Origin: the human T2T-CHM13v2.0 reference genome, Homo sapiens
Direction: 5' to 3' (one strand)
NCBI RefSeq assembly: GCF_009914755.1
Contig: NC_060940.1
DNA length: 64,000 nt
This document shows positions 1 through 14,933 of this stretch, piece after piece. The translations under genes and the position numbers were made by a program. The notes below the pieces were generated by a model, which did not search any database, was not told the DNA's origin, and was given only the letters and a program-made list of their open reading frames with translations. Every line of letters starts with the position of its first letter. Within the stretch, counting starts at the first letter, position 1.

Positions 1-192
1 TTTTGATTGGAATCAAGCTGCCAGCCAATGGTTAAGGGCAGCCACCCACCACCATCCTTAGAAGGGGGTCTAGAAAGCATAGTTGAAAGCAGGAGGGTGG
101 GCACAGGGCCACTGGCTGTGGTTTTTAGGACAAGAGAACACATGAATACTCTTTGTGCTCAGGAATCACTGAGGGTAGAAAGTGAAGGGCTA

Positions 193-401
193 GGCCGGGT
201 GTGGTGGCTCATGCCTGTAATCCCAGCACTGTGGGAGGCTGAGGTGGGTGGATCACTTGAGGTTTGGAATTTGAGACCAGCTGGCCAATATAGTGAAACC
301 CTGTCTCTATTAAAGATAAACAAATTAGCTGGGTGTGGTGGTGCATGCCTGTAATCCCAGCTACTTGGGAGGCTGAGGCAAGAGAATTGCTTAAACCTGA
401 G
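193..401 (+). mobile_element. Alu (3'-truncated)
   Basis: ggccgggtgtggtggctcatgcctgtaatcccagcac. Confidence 0.85.
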
Positions 402-572
402 AGAAAGCTGTGAAGAAAAGAAAGCCCGACATAAACACCAGCCAAGATGAATACAAAAGGAAGCAGTTACTGAATTATCCCAGAAACTTGGACTGAAATC
501 CCAGGTTTGTGCCCTGCTAGCAAACCACAAAAAGAATCCTGAAGACAGCTCTGACACAATAGTGCAGTTTGA

Positions 573-977
<405 letters not shown>

Positions 978-1271
978 TAAAACAACGGTGCTGCCCTCAT
1001 GTCATATGTTTACGCTTTCAGACACACCCACGTTTAAATCCCATGTCCTGCCTGTACTAGTTGCATGATGCTGGATAAGTCACTTCCCCTTTGTAGTAGC
1101 TTCCTTATTAATAATAGTCTTCCTTATCAATAACAGAACTTTATTAATAATAGTAGCAACCTACCTCATGCAGTCATTGTAAGGATTAAACAAATAGATA
1201 CTTACAAAGTGTGGTGCACAATGCTTAGCACACAGTCACCGTCATGAGAACAGCTGTTCCCCGTCTCTTAC

Positions 1272-1372
1272 CAAATAGCAATTGAAGAAACAGAAGGGCC
1301 GGGTGGTTCTGATACGACGGCAACATTCCCCTCTTCTCCAGGAGGCAGGACATTGCCCTCATCATCCACAAT
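1272..1372 (-). pseudogene. ACSM5P1: ACSM5P1 exon 10 (frameshifted)
   Basis: IVDDEGNVLPPGEEGNVAV, then a frameshift, then IRTTRPFCFFNCYL. 101 nt versus 102 nt for the equivalent ACSM1 exon in this window. Confidence 0.88.
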
Positions 1373-1525
1373 CTGGTAAGGAGATCATCACAGAGGTGCA
1401 TACATGAGTGTCTACACCCTGGGCCCCTCCAGCAGCCCAGCAGCCCAGCAGCCCGTGCCAGCCAGGCCTGTGTGTCTTTCTCCTCTCCACGCCAGGCCTT
1501 GCCAGAAGTTGGGGGAGTCTGCTAC

Positions 1526-1606
1526 CTGCACATTGTAGGGTGGGGACACCTTCCCCATGGATCCAGACTTGATTTTCATGCCTTTTGGATTGGCACAGAT
1601 GACAAC
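1526..1606 (-). pseudogene. ACSM5P1: ACSM5P1 exon 9
   Basis: VVICANPKGMKIKSGSMGKVSPPYNVQ, 81 nt, AG/GT. Confidence 0.9.
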
Positions 1607-1694
1607 CTGGGGAGAACTCAGTACAGATAAAGAAGAGCCTTTCCACTTAGCTTCTTTCCTGGGCCATGCCTTTCTCTCACCCTGCCTGATAACT

Positions 1695-2085
1695 CTTTCT
1701 CTCATCCTCTTTTTTCTCCTCCCTCACTTTCTTCTTTCTTTCCCTTCTCCTCTCTCCATTTCTCTCCATTCTTCCTCCCTTCTTTCTTTTCTTTTTTCTT
1801 CCTTGCTCACTCCTTCCTTTCCTCTTTCTTTCCTTTCTTTCCCCTTTCCTGTTTTCTTCCTTCCCTCCTTCATTTTCTTTCCTCCTTCTTTTTTCATTCC
1901 TTAACCCGTTATTTCATTCTCCATTTTCCTCTCTCCTCCCTTCTTCTTTGTTCCCTATTTCCTTCCTTCCTTTCATCTTTTTCCTCTTCCTTCCTTCTTT
2001 TCCTTTCTCTTTCCTTTATTTCCTCTTTCCCTTCCTTCTTCATTTTCTTCCCTCTTTCTTGCCTGTCTTTCTTCTTTTCTTTCCA
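1695..2085. repeat. Pyrimidine-rich (CT-rich) low-complexity tract
   Basis: About 390 nt of almost only C and T. Confidence 0.9.
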
Positions 2086-2348
2086 TAGTTAGCAAACAAC
2101 TATGGGGCACTCCAGTGGGCACTCAAACATAAAGAACTTAACCCATCTCTAAGCCAAAAGACTCAGTTGATCCCCAGATCTCTTCCTAGATGACTATAGA
2201 GGACGCTGCTTAGAATCTTGGACTCTGAACAGTGGCAGATGTAGACTGTCTTGGTGGAGACAAACAATGCCTTCAGCAGTGAGGGCTGGTTTGCTGGTCA
2301 TGGTATAATTGTAAAAGTACTTTAAATTACCTTTTTTTAATTTATAAG

Positions 2349-2386
<38 letters not shown>

Positions 2387-2797
2387 TTCAATAGCTTTTT
2401 GGGTACGAGCGTTTTATGTAACATGGATGAATTCTATACTGGTGAATCCTGAGATATTAGTGCATCTGTCACCTGAGTAGTGTACATTATACCCAATATG
2501 TAGTTTTTTTACCCTCACGCCCCTCCTCCCACCTTCCTCCTTCTGAGTCTCCAAAGTCTTTTATACCACTCTGTATGTCTTTGCATCCTCATAGCTTAGC
2601 TCCCACTTATAAGTGAGAACATATGGAAATCAAAAGGGAAGGAAAGCTGATGGAATTTTGTTATCGGCTTCTCCCCTGGGGGAAGGGTGGTCCCTGAGAA
2701 GCTTCAGAGAGGTGACAGCTGGAGAGGCAGGAAGCTCTCAAGCGGACCTGGGGGGTGGGGACCTGGGGGGTAGGGACCTGGCCCCTCCAGCACTCAC

Positions 2798-2921
2798 CGT
2801 TTCAGACTGGCCATAGCCTTCGTACAGCTCCACACCGGTCTGGCGTTTCCACTTCTCCCTCACGTCAGGGTTGAGGGCCTCTCCTCCGGTCAGACAGTGC
2901 CTCAGGCTCTGAAACTGGTAC
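2798..2921 (-). pseudogene. ACSM5P1: ACSM5P1 exon 8
   Basis: [41 protein letters not shown] (adenylate-forming YGQSE motif), 124 nt, donor gtgagt. Confidence 0.9.
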
Positions 2922-3285
2922 CTTCCTCAGGCAGGAAAACAAGGCCACCTATGTCAGGATCTTCATACCACCCCGCCCTCTGGTGCCACTGCCCAGATGC
3001 AAACACCACAGGCACTAGAGGTAGATGCCCCTGCTTTTTAATCTTCTCTAAGTGAGTCCACCCACTGGCTTTGCAACCATGCTCCTCATGGACAGATAAT
3101 TTTTAAAAGATCCATCCCATCTGAGTTTGAGATAAAATCAGAAGCTCATATAATAGGTTTTGGCATAATATGGTGAGTTCCAGGTAACTTGGCCAAAATA
3201 ATTTAGTTGGAAAAAAACTGATAATAAATTGGTTAGGACAGTAATCTGATTGAAAAGGATAGATCAATTAGAAATTGAAAAGATA

Positions 3286-3625
<340 letters not shown>

Positions 3626-4732
3626 AAATTGAAAAGATAAAAATTAGACCCCTAAGAATCCCAAAAATTCCTACAGATATTAATTATGTTGCAAAATGCC
3701 CTCTCTGTTCAACAAATCATCCAAACTATTAAAAAAAAATCAGTGATTGTAAGTACATTTTTAATCTTGGAGGAGAGGGGAGATCAAATTGGCTTGATTA
3801 AGTTACTTATTATTACCAAAGAGCATTCAACGACATTGTTCTTAACGAGGTACTTGGAGCTTGCTTTCAGCCAAAATCATCATGTGGAGATGCACACATC
3901 AGATCAATGAATGGGATGATTTTCTTACATTGGAGAAGAATTCACTTTTAGAAACATGTAAGAACTCCCTCTTTTGGACACTTGGTGGGTAGATTCATGT
4001 GATTAGGAAAGAAGAAAGGACGACTCCTCATGACTTGGGGGAGGACAAAAGAGGGAGAACAGATCAGGGTTGGTGGATACTGAAGGATGGTGGGCCTCTC
4101 TCCATATACCCCAGCAACTAGCCCTGTTCTGCTAGAAGATGTTGCTTTGGCTTCACCCAGGATGGAGCCATCATCAGTGCCTTGTCCCTTTCTCTTGGGT
4201 GTCCAATGACATGTGCTCAGAGAACAGTTGGCTGGGGTTACTCTGAGGCTGAGAGTTGGGGCATCTACTGTGGTGCGGGCTTGTTAGTTTCACCACACCT
4301 GAGGGCCCTGGCCACAAACCGCACTCCATAGGTGGCTAACAATTGTCCAATCATTTCTCTTCCCTCACAGAAGTAGCAGACACACTGCTGACAGAATAGC
4401 CCATGGGTGTATGGTGTGAGGAGAAGCCTATCTCAGGTGCTAAAATTTCAGTCTGCCTTAAATCTATTTAGTTCCATCTGGATGCAAATTTTGGGGGGCC
4501 AGAAGCTTGTTCTTGAGGGGCATCTGTGAGATTTACAGGTATGTTGACTTGTCAATGTGTATGTGTATAAATGTGTGTGGGAGAGAGAGACAAAGAGAGA
4601 GGCAGAAAAATATATAGAGGGGGAGACAGAGAAAGAAAGAGAGTTGGAATGAGAGGGTAGTTGTGTGTGTGGATACCCATGCTATATATTCACATACTTA
4701 GGCCCTCAAAGCACGAAATAGATGGGCTGTAC

Positions 4733-4812
4733 CTGGTCAGATCCTCCTGCACAAGCAGCCGAAAGATGGTTGGAACACAGCAGAGGGTGGTTATTGGGAA
4801 TGTGGAGAGAGT
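4733..4812 (-). pseudogene. ACSM5P1: ACSM5P1 exon 7
   Basis: TLSTFPITTLCCVPTIFRLLVQEDLT, 80 nt, tttag|...|gtacag. Confidence 0.88.
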
Positions 4813-4915
4813 CTAAACAAAAACAAAGGGTGAAAGATGTCCTTAGAATCACTGGGGTGGGGCCATGAAGATGGAGCCAAATGCATCTTTATAGTCTCAG
4901 TACCAAAGCAGAGAA

Positions 4916-6312
4916 GCTGAAAACTATGTGTGGAATCCAGCAGCCAACATGGTGTCCAGTGACCCCTACTTCCTGGCATGTTCAACTTTGGAGGATCCCC
5001 TCTCACCTCATACCAAAGTGGGTCTGTGACAGCAGTGGTATACTGCCAAGGTGATGAATACCACTTTCAAGATTTGGTTATACAAAGACTATGGCTTCTG
5101 TTTTGGATGTTCTTTCTCTCTCCCTTTCTTGGATCCCCTGTTCTGGCGGAAGCAAGCCACCATGTTTTGAGTATGCTCAAGCCATCCTACGGACAGGTGC
5201 ACACAGTGAGAAACTGGAGACTAGCAAACACCCAGTGAGAAATTGAAGTCTACTAAAAACCACCAGTGAGGTTTTTGTTTTGTTTTTTGTTTGGTTTTTT
5301 GAGATGGAGTCTCACTCTGTCACCCAGGCTGGAGTGCAGTGGCAAGATCTCAGCTCACTGCAAACTCTGCCTCCCGGGTTCAAGCAATTCTCTGCCTCAG
5401 ACCCCTGAGTAGCTGGGATTACAGGTGCCCACCACCAGGCCCAGCTAATTTTTGTATTTTTAGTAGAAACGGGGTTTCACCATCCTGGCCAGGCTGGTCT
5501 TTAACTCCTGACCTCATGATTCACCCGCCTTGGCCTCCCAAAGTGCTGGGATTACAGGTATGAACCACTGTGCCCGGCCACCAGTGAACTTTTAAGCAAT
5601 TTTCCAGCTTCAGTCAATCCTTAAGATGATTGCAGTCCTAGCAAATATCTTCTTTAAAATTATTGTGGCAAAATACACACAACATAGGATTTGCCCATTG
5701 GAACGGTTTTTAAGTGTATAGTCCAGTGGGATTAAACATTTCCAGAGTGTTGTGCAACCATCGCTACCATCCACCTCCAGAACTATTTTTATCTTCTCAA
5801 ACTTAAACTCTGTACCCATTACACAATAATTTCCCATTAATCTCTCCCCTAACTCCTGGTAAACACCACTGTACTTTCTGTCTCTATAAATTTGACTACT
5901 CTTGGTATCTCATGTAAGCGGAATCATACAGTATTTGTTCTTGTATGACTGGCATGTTTCACTTAGCATAATGTCCTCAAGGGTTATCCACGTTATATCA
6001 TACAACAAGACGTCCTTCCTTTTTAAGGCTAGGTAATATTCCATTGTACATATACACCACATTTTGTTTATTCATTCATCTGTGGATGGACACTTGTGTT
6101 GCTTTCACCTTTTAGTTATTGTTAATGCTGCTATGAACATGAGCATACCTTGCTGACCTCTTGATTGCAACCTCATGAGAGACCCTGCTCCCAAAACCCC
6201 TCATTAAGCTACCTCCAGCTTCCTGACCATCAGAAAGTGTGAGATAAATGCTTGTGTTTTATAGTGCTAAGTTTCAGTATAATTTATTACATAGCAATAG
6301 ATAATGAAAACA
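4916..6312. mobile_element. MaLR (MLT1-type) LTR interrupted by an Alu and an L1M fragment
   Basis: Typical end gagataaatgcttgtgttttatagtgctaagtttc...agcaatagataatgaaaaca. Confidence 0.55.
5271..5578 (-). mobile_element. Alu
   Basis: Full dimer flanked by accagtga repeats. Confidence 0.9.
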
Positions 6313-6439
6313 CTATATCAGAGCTGGGGACAGTGCAAGGAGAAGGTCCATACATTGGCTGATCAAGCACTACATGGATAAAGATGGTGATGAGTTTGAT
6401 CATGATGATAATAATCAATATGGGTTAAGAATCTACTAT

Positions 6440-7173
6440 ATTTGGTCCACCATGCGATACCAGCTTACTCCTGCAAGAATGGCCATAATCAAAATATCAA
6501 AAAATAATAGATGTTGGCATGGATGCAGTGAACAAGCAACACTTCTACATTGCTGGTAGGAATGTAAACTAGTACAACCACTGTGGAAAACAGTGTGGAG
6601 ATTCCTTAAAGAACTAAAAGTAGAACTACCATTTGATCCAGCAATCCCACTACTGAGTATCTACCCAGAAGAAAAGAAGTCATATGAAAAAGACACTTGC
6701 ACATACATGTTTATAGCAGCACAGTTTGCAATTGCAAAAATGTGGAACCAACCCAAATGCCCATAAATCAACAAGTGGACAAAGAAAGTGTGGTATATAA
6801 ATATATATAATGCAATGCAACTCGGCCATAAAAAGGAATGAATTAATGGCATTCGCAGGGACCTGGATGAGATTGTAGACTATTATTCTAAGTAAAGCAA
6901 CTCAGAAATGGAAAACCAAACATTTTATGTTCTCCCTCATAAGTGGGAGCTAAGCTATGAGGATGCAAAGGTGTAAGAATGACACAATGGACTTTGGGGA
7001 CTTGGGGGAAATTGTGGGAAGGGGTGAGGGATAAAAGACCTCAAGTTGGGTGCAGTGTATACTGCTCAGGTGATGAGTGCACCAAAATCTTACAAATCAC
7101 CACTAAAGAACTTACTCATGTAATCAAACACCACCTGTTCCCCAATAACCTATGAAAATAATTTTTTTAAAAA
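6440..7173 (+). mobile_element. L1PB-like 3' fragment, followed by an L1MA-like 3' fragment to about 7755
   Basis: L1 ORF2 end and 3' UTR motifs; TSD aagaatctactat at 6427-6439 and 7174-7186. Confidence 0.8.
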
Positions 7174-8530
7174 AAGAATCTACTATGTTTTGAAGCAACC
7201 TAAGTGTCCATCAACAGATGAATGGATAAAGAAAATGTACATATACACAATGGATCCATAAAAAAAAATGAGGTCTTGTTTTTTGCAATAACATGGGTGG
7301 AACTGGATATCATCATGTTAAGTGAAATAAGCCAGGCACAGAAAGACTAACTTCACATATTCTCACTTATTTGTGAGATTTAAAAGTCAAAACAATTGTA
7401 CTCATGGAAATAGAGATTAGAAGGATGATTACCAGAGGCTGGGAAGGGTAGTCGGGGGCTGGGAGAAAGGTGGGGATGGTTAGTTGGTACCAAAATAATA
7501 GAATGAATGAATAAGACCTGTTATTTTAAAGCACATCAGGGTGACTATAGTCAATAAAAACTTAATTGTACATTTTAAAATAACTGAAAGAGTGTAGATT
7601 GTAACACAAAAGATAAATGCTTTGAGGGGATGGATACCCTATTCTCTATGATGTGATTTTCACGCATTGCATGCCTACATCAAAACACCACATGTACCCC
7701 ATAAATATATACACCTACTATGTATCCACAAAAGTTAAAAATTATTTCAAAAAATAACCTATGATGTGCTGGCCCCTTTGCCTTGTATCATTTCATTCAC
7801 TCAGCAACTCTATAGAGATATGTTATCCCTTTCTTACAGATGAGGCTGAAACTGCAGCTCAGGAGATTAGGCAACTTCCCCAAGGCCACACAGCTAGCGA
7901 ATCAAAGGTGTAGGTTCAGAGTCCAGGTCTGACTCTTTGACTGATGGCACAGCCTGTGCAGTTAGCTACCATGTGATACAGCTTATCTCAGTACAAATAA
8001 TAAGAGCAGAAGGAACCTCTGATGTTTTAAGGAATGACAGTTAGGATGTGGGGGGCAGAAGAAAGGTGACCTGTGTCTTGACTGGGGCCACCAATCTCCT
8101 CCCTCCCCATGAGAAGACCCTGGGAGGCTGAGCAGGAGTCACCAGGACTCTCTAGTTGGGCCAGCTACTCAGGTTAAGCACCATGGACAGTAGCACTTGG
8201 AGTTGAGGCGTAGACTGATTTTGCCTAAGGGTTTGACAAATACCTAGGGTTTTGGCAGGAGCATTGGGAAGAAAGTGGTGGAGACAAGGGCACCCCATGC
8301 AGGAGAAATAGCAACGAAATAGTCTTACATCTAAGAATCTAGCTAGAGCATAGGCAATGATTGAAGGGAACCAAGTGGTCACGAACCAGATTACGGAAGG
8401 CCAGGGAGCCACACCAAAGAAGCCTTAAATTCACTGATTTATATGTTTTCTCCTGCAGCCTGAAATTCTATATCCCACTCATCTCATTTGTACCCAACAC
8501 ATATGGGGTATTACTGGTTTTTCCTCTTAC

Positions 8531-8684
8531 ATTCAGGATAAATTTGGCATCAACTCGGGACAGCTCATGCACAAAAATGCAAGATCCATTAGGCCAGGCA
8601 GAGAAGACAGTCCAGGCTGCCTTCACCCAGCCAGTGTCTGTCGTGTTCCAGAAGACGTCCGATTCGGTCAAGGCCAACCACCAT
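8531..8684 (-). pseudogene. ACSM5P1: ACSM5P1 exon 6
   Basis: WWLALTESDVFWNTTDTGWVKAAWTVFSAWPNGSCIFVHELSRVDAKFILN, 154 nt, AG/GT. Confidence 0.9.
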
Positions 8685-10225
8685 CTGCCAAAAATTAGAG
8701 AATGTCAGTACCCTTGGCAATGACTCTACCTTTAAAAAGGATTGTATTATCTATATCACCACATTTGGAGCCCTGCTCAGTGGGTACTCACTTATACTTG
8801 TGAAACCTGAACAAGAACCTTCAAGTCAACTATTGTCTCAACCAGCATTTATTGAGCATCTTCCATGTACCTATGCCCTAGGCTAAGAATACAGAAGCAA
8901 AAAGAGTTTCCAGAAAGTTCACAGTCCAGTGGATGTGATATATAAGGGAAAAAAATTAACCTCAATACTCTGTGCTAAGGTCACTTTATTTAGCCAACAT
9001 TTATTTAGCATTTAGTCTGGACTTAGCACTAGGGATCTAGAAATGAACGATTAGTCTTACTTTGAGGGCCTTATAGTTTAGGAAGTATAAATATCTAGGA
9101 AGCCCCTGGAGAGCATGTTTTAATAGAGCTAAACACAAAGCCTTGTGCAATTGTAGAGAATAGGCACCTAACCCAGAGCAATGATGGACATGGGTTTCTG
9201 AGAAATGCTGTGGTGGAGGAGGTGACACTTGAGTTAGACATAAACAATATATAGGGATTATATAGGTGAGGTAGAGAAGCAGGAGCATCCCAGGAATGGG
9301 AAACTGTGTCTGCAAACATGGAAGACAGAAAAGCGGTCATGCACTTGAATCCTGGGACACACGCACTACTCATTCTCCCCCTTTCATTGGCTGTTCCCTT
9401 CTCAGTCTCCTCTGCTGAGTCCTCCTGGTCTTCCCCTTCAGTGCAGAAATGCCTCAGGCACTTGGTCCTGAGACCCATTGTCTTTTCAGTTTATATTGCA
9501 CTTTGCTGATCTCATCCCATCTCATGGTATTAAATACCATCTTTACACTGATAAGTTCAGCATGAATCTTTCTCATTAACTTCAGACATGTGTATCCAAA
9601 TGCCCACTCAACATCTCCACTTTTAACAAGGGGATGGAGATGTCTAAGAAGACTCTTGAATTAACAACTCCATAAACAAACTCTGTTTTCCTCCCACCAG
9701 ACAGCTCATCCCACAGTTCTTCCCCAATCATTTAGTGCTTCCAGTTGTTCAGGCCATTCCTCTTAGAGCTCTCCTTGACTCCTCCTTCTCATTCCACACT
9801 GATTCTGTCAGCAAGTCTTATTGGGTCTAGGTTGAAAATACATTCAGAATCTCATCTCTTCCCTCACTACAGCTCCCGGGGCAAGCTACCATGCTTGCCT
9901 CTTAATGCACTGGTCATCTTTTTTACCTGTTTCCCCTACAGTTTCATTGTCAACCCAACATCCTGAGTGAGCCTTTAAAAAACATATTAGATTATGTCAC
10001 TCCTCTGCTCAAAATATCCAACACTTCTCAAAAATAATTAAACATAGAATTACCATATGATCCAGCAATTTCATTTCTGCGTGTATACCCAAAAGAAGTG
10101 AAAGCAGAGACTCTAACAGATACTCACATGCCATTGTTTATAGCAACATTATTGACAATAGCCAAAATGTGGAAGCTACCCAAGTGTCTATCAACAGGTG
10201 AATGGATTATTTAAAATGTGGTCAC

Positions 10226-10573
<348 letters not shown>

Positions 10574-10998
10574 TCAGTCTTAAAAGGGAAGGAAATTTTG
10601 ACACATGCTATGACATGGATGAACCTTGAGGACATTATGCTAAGTGAAAGAAGCCAAATTGCAAAACAGAAGGACAGACTGCATGATGCCAATCACACGA
10701 AATACCTATAGTATCAAATTCACAGTGATTGAAAGTAAAATAGAGGTTACCAGGGGTGAGGGGAGAGGGTAATGGGGTGTTATTGGGTAATGGGGGCATA
10801 GTTCTCATTTGGAAAGATAAAGTAAATTCTGGAAATGGATGGTGATCATGGTTGCACAACAATGTGAATGTATTTAATGACATTAAACTGTACACTTAAA
10901 ATGGTTAAAAGGGTACATTTATGATATATGTATATATATGTTTATGTGTATGTATATATATGTATACATACACATATTTATATGTGTATGTGTATATA

Positions 10999-11038
<40 letters not shown>

Positions 11039-11251
11039 GCACGATTTAACAAGAAACCTCCCGTGGCTTTTCACCTCGCTCAGAGTAAAATCCAGAACCA
11101 TCAAGATCCTTCCTAAGCTGCTCCTATTGGCTTCTCAGTAATTCTGCTGGCTCTCTGACCTCAGTTCCTGACACCTTTCCCCTCACACCACCCCCTCCAG
11201 ACCACTCCCCACTTTCTGTTCTTGGATGCTCTAGACAAGCTGCTCTGGTAC

Positions 11252-11395
11252 CTTCCGCTGGCCACAAAACCCAGTCCGTAGCTGCTCTGGGAGTGCTCGA
11301 CCATCTCGGGGTCCCCGGTGGTTCCGCTGGTGAAGTAGATAGCCAGTGGGTCTTGACACTTTGTCCTCACGCAGTTGTGCTCTGTAGATGCCTCC
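11252..11395 (-). pseudogene. ACSM5P1: ACSM5P1 exon 5 (AMP-binding P-loop)
   Basis: EASTEHNCVRTKCQDPLAIYFTSGTTGDPEMVEHSQSSYGLGFVASGR, 144 nt, AG/GT. Confidence 0.9.
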
Positions 11396-12039
11396 CTGTA
11401 AAACGTAAAAACACTAGGTGGCACTACCACGGTAAAAACAGTTAGTAGCACCAATAATATGTATAACAACAATATGACTACCGTTTCATAAATACCACAT
11501 GCGAGGTGCTGTGCTGAAAGCTCTGGCTTGGGTAATCTGCAACCACCTCAAGGGGCAGGTACTATCATTATAACCCTTTTGCAGACCAGGAGACTGAGGC
11601 TCAAAATGGTTACATAACTCACTCAAAAGAGCCCATGCTTTCTTACCAAGGTATGAGGACTTTCTGGTAGAACACACACACGTCCATGTCTATAATTCTG
11701 CACATTTAGGCACAGCTTCCACCCCCATCCCAATTTCTAATAATTTAGAACTCTTTTCTAAAGGTTTCCCCCAATATGGGGTTTTGAGATCTAGGTAATT
11801 CCCAAAGTTCTGTGATCTGGATGATCAGCTAATCCACGGGCTCTCATCCCTGGCTGCACTGTGAAGTCCCCTGGTAAATTTTTGGAAGAAACTTGTCTGT
11901 ATCCACCCTGAACAAAATAAAATCAGAATCTTTGATGTTTTCTTAAATGCTTCTCAGTAATTCTAGTAACAGCCAAAATTGAGAACCACTGATCTAGGCC
12001 CACCTGACAGCTCTCAAAATCATATGAGCTGATTTTTTT

Positions 12040-12330
<291 letters not shown>

Positions 12331-13215
12331 CTATGGGCTGATTTTTTAAAAAAGATCCCCAGGGCTCTTGCTCAGCTATGTCTGGTTAAGTAGGTCAGAT
12401 ATGAGGCCTTGTCATCTGTATTCAAAACAGCACCCAGGTGAATCTGATGCAGCTGGTCTGTGGGGTGAGCATGCATGACTCAATGGTTCAGGCCCCTGAG
12501 AGGCTCCTTTTGGGTTCTGGCTTCCAATCAGGACAAAGTCTCAAATTCTGAGATGGGTTTCCACCAGGCCCTTGCTCCAAGGCAAATATGCTTTCGGCTC
12601 TGCCCACTCCTGACTTGACTACTTTTTAGCACCTTGGGCAAGTCACTTTAGTTTTCCAAGTCTCAGTTTCCTCATCTGTAAAACTGAGTTAAAGGGCCCA
12701 TCACAATGTCCTTTTCAGGGATTAAATAAGATGATGTTTGATCCATTATGGTGTTCTGAACACCAAACACAATGCTTGTCGTGAAATAGATGTTCATTAA
12801 ATCTTCGCTGCATGAATGAATGAAGGTGAAGGCTTACATAGCACAGTATCTAGCGATACACTAAGTACCCAATACATGGCCACTAGTTTATTATTAACTG
12901 ACCACCTGCTATGTGCTAAATGCACCATATTGGTTATTTCATGTACTCTGAATGGTAGCTCTAATAACTACCACCGCATTATAGAAGCAAATGAAGCACA
13001 GAAAAGCTGCTGACAAATCCAGCACTGACTGAATGAGGGACCTTGAACATTAAGGTAGGGACCAGGATTATGCTCAAGTCAGCCTGGCTGCCAATGGGAG
13101 TGTTCCTCTCTGATTCGCTCTCTATGTGTGGAATCAGCAATGCATTTCATCTCTTGTTGCTTAAAGGGGAAATGACTTCATTTTTCTGCTGTTCTCCTGG
13201 AGAGCCCCAATTCAC

Positions 13216-13423
13216 CGGAGGAGTTCCCTGAAGTTCAACCAGCCTGGCCGACTGCTGTCTGACACCAGCAGCTTGGTCTTGAGGGAGGGGCATTCGGCGC
13301 TGATGGTGTCCACCCTTGGAGCTAGGGAGTCACTGGTGATAATGGACTTGGCCCTGGACGCGTGCAGCCGGTACTTGAGGTCCTTCTGCGTCAGCTGAGT
13401 GACACCTGGAATCATCACAGTCC
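13216..13423 (-). pseudogene. ACSM5P1: ACSM5P1 exon 4
   Basis: GTVMIPGVTQLTQKDLKYRLHASRAKSIITSD...WLNFRELLR, 208 nt, AG/GT flanks. Confidence 0.9.
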
Positions 13424-13922
13424 CTGGCATAAAACAGAAGGGGATGTTGAGTGGATAGTAGGGAAGACTTTGGGTATAGAGGTAAGAGATGAAGGCAGGA
13501 AGGGGCTGGGGAGGGTTGGAATGCATGAGCTGGAAGAGGTAACAATAATAATAATAACAGCCTAAAAACCCTAGCCTTCTGAATAAGTGCGTGATCACTT
13601 ACTCACTCAGCATCACTTAGTAGTCATCTTATGATTAGACAGAAATTTCTTTAAATGCCTGAAACCAATAAATCTCCCAGTCTTTGGGTGGGTGTTGGGG
13701 CACACCTTTAGCACTCAGCCAGGCAATTAACAATCCTGCCTTAGTCTTAATTTCCTGCATGCTCCAACTCTCAGTCTGCCAGAAGTGGGAGCCTAGAGTT
13801 TCCTCAGATCTTTCCTAAGCATGTGCAATGCCCTGGGAAAGCACACAGCCTTACTTAGGTGTGTTGATTTCTAGATTTCCAGGAATACAATAGAATTTTT
13901 TAAAGCTCCCATAGACATTGGA

Positions 13923-14933
13923 TTCTCCAGCTTTTCTTTTTTCACTCTTTGGTGAATCTATTGTTTGTCCCACTGTTATCCATCACCTTAGGCAACAATG
14001 AAGCTAAAACATTTGTCTGTAATTGTTTTGGACAAAAACCCCCAGGGAAAAGGCTTTTCTCATTGGTTGAGCTTCAAGTTGATTCAAATACAGTTTTACA
14101 AGTAGGGTCTTCCAAAGGACCAATGGGCAGCTCAAATAATAACAGTTCTTCATAAGTGAAGCTTTGAAAAAACTCCAACTCCATTCTGGCCCATCTAATG
14201 GTTGCTGTGATGCACCAGAAATGGGGGCTGTTATTTTTCAAGGCTACCACATAGCTGGACAGTCCTTATTCTACCATTTTTTTTCCTGACCTAATCCTGC
14301 TTGCTTGTTTTTATCATTAGGAGAAGTCTTCTAAGGATGCCCCTAGTATTGCAAAAAGAACTTCGATTTTTGTAGGCCATCAGTAATGGAGCATCCTGGC
14401 TTCATCTCTTACATGCAATTCTCATTTAATTCTCACTATTACTCTAAGTAGCATATGGTCTGACTACCATTTTACAGATGAGAAAGTTGAGATCTAAAGA
14501 ACTTAGGGCACTTGTCCAAGGTCACACTTCATGTACATGGATGAACAATGTCTATCTGACTGCAAATCCTGCTTTTAAGTCTCAGTCATCCTCATACCAC
14601 CTTCATAAGTTTCACCACATCTGCTGACAGTTAATTTTATTGTATCTACTAACAACGCCATTTACTTCATACTTTTTCTTTAAACAATCTCTTCTTATAA
14701 TTAACATGAATACAATTCTTTGAATTAAATTTTATGTTTCCAGTTTTGTATTCTCCAGCTTTTCTTTTTTCACTTTTTGGTGAGTCTATTGTTTGTCCCT
14801 ACTGTTATCCATCACCTTAGGCAACAATGAAGTTAAACATTTGTCTGTAATTGTTTTGGACAAAAAGCCCCTAGGGAAAAGGCTTTTCTCATTGGTTAAG
14901 CTTCACATTGGTTGAAATACAGTTTTACAAGTA
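13923..14933 (+). repeat. ~182-bp direct repeat pair (13923-14104 and 14751-14933)
   Basis: ttctccagcttttctttttt...cagttttacaagta occurs twice with scattered mismatches. Confidence 0.9.

Noticed and set aside
534-560. aatcctgaagacagct resembles the start of ACSM exon 11 (NPEKTA)
   Set aside because: It is on the wrong strand for the pseudogene, only about 16 nt long, has no splice context, and the similarity does not extend.
1557-1904. Hydrophobic F/S/L/P-rich ORF
   Set aside because: It is an artefact of the CT-rich tract; the same applies to the CV/HT-rich ORFs over TG repeats at 10.9 kb and 30.7-31.4 kb.
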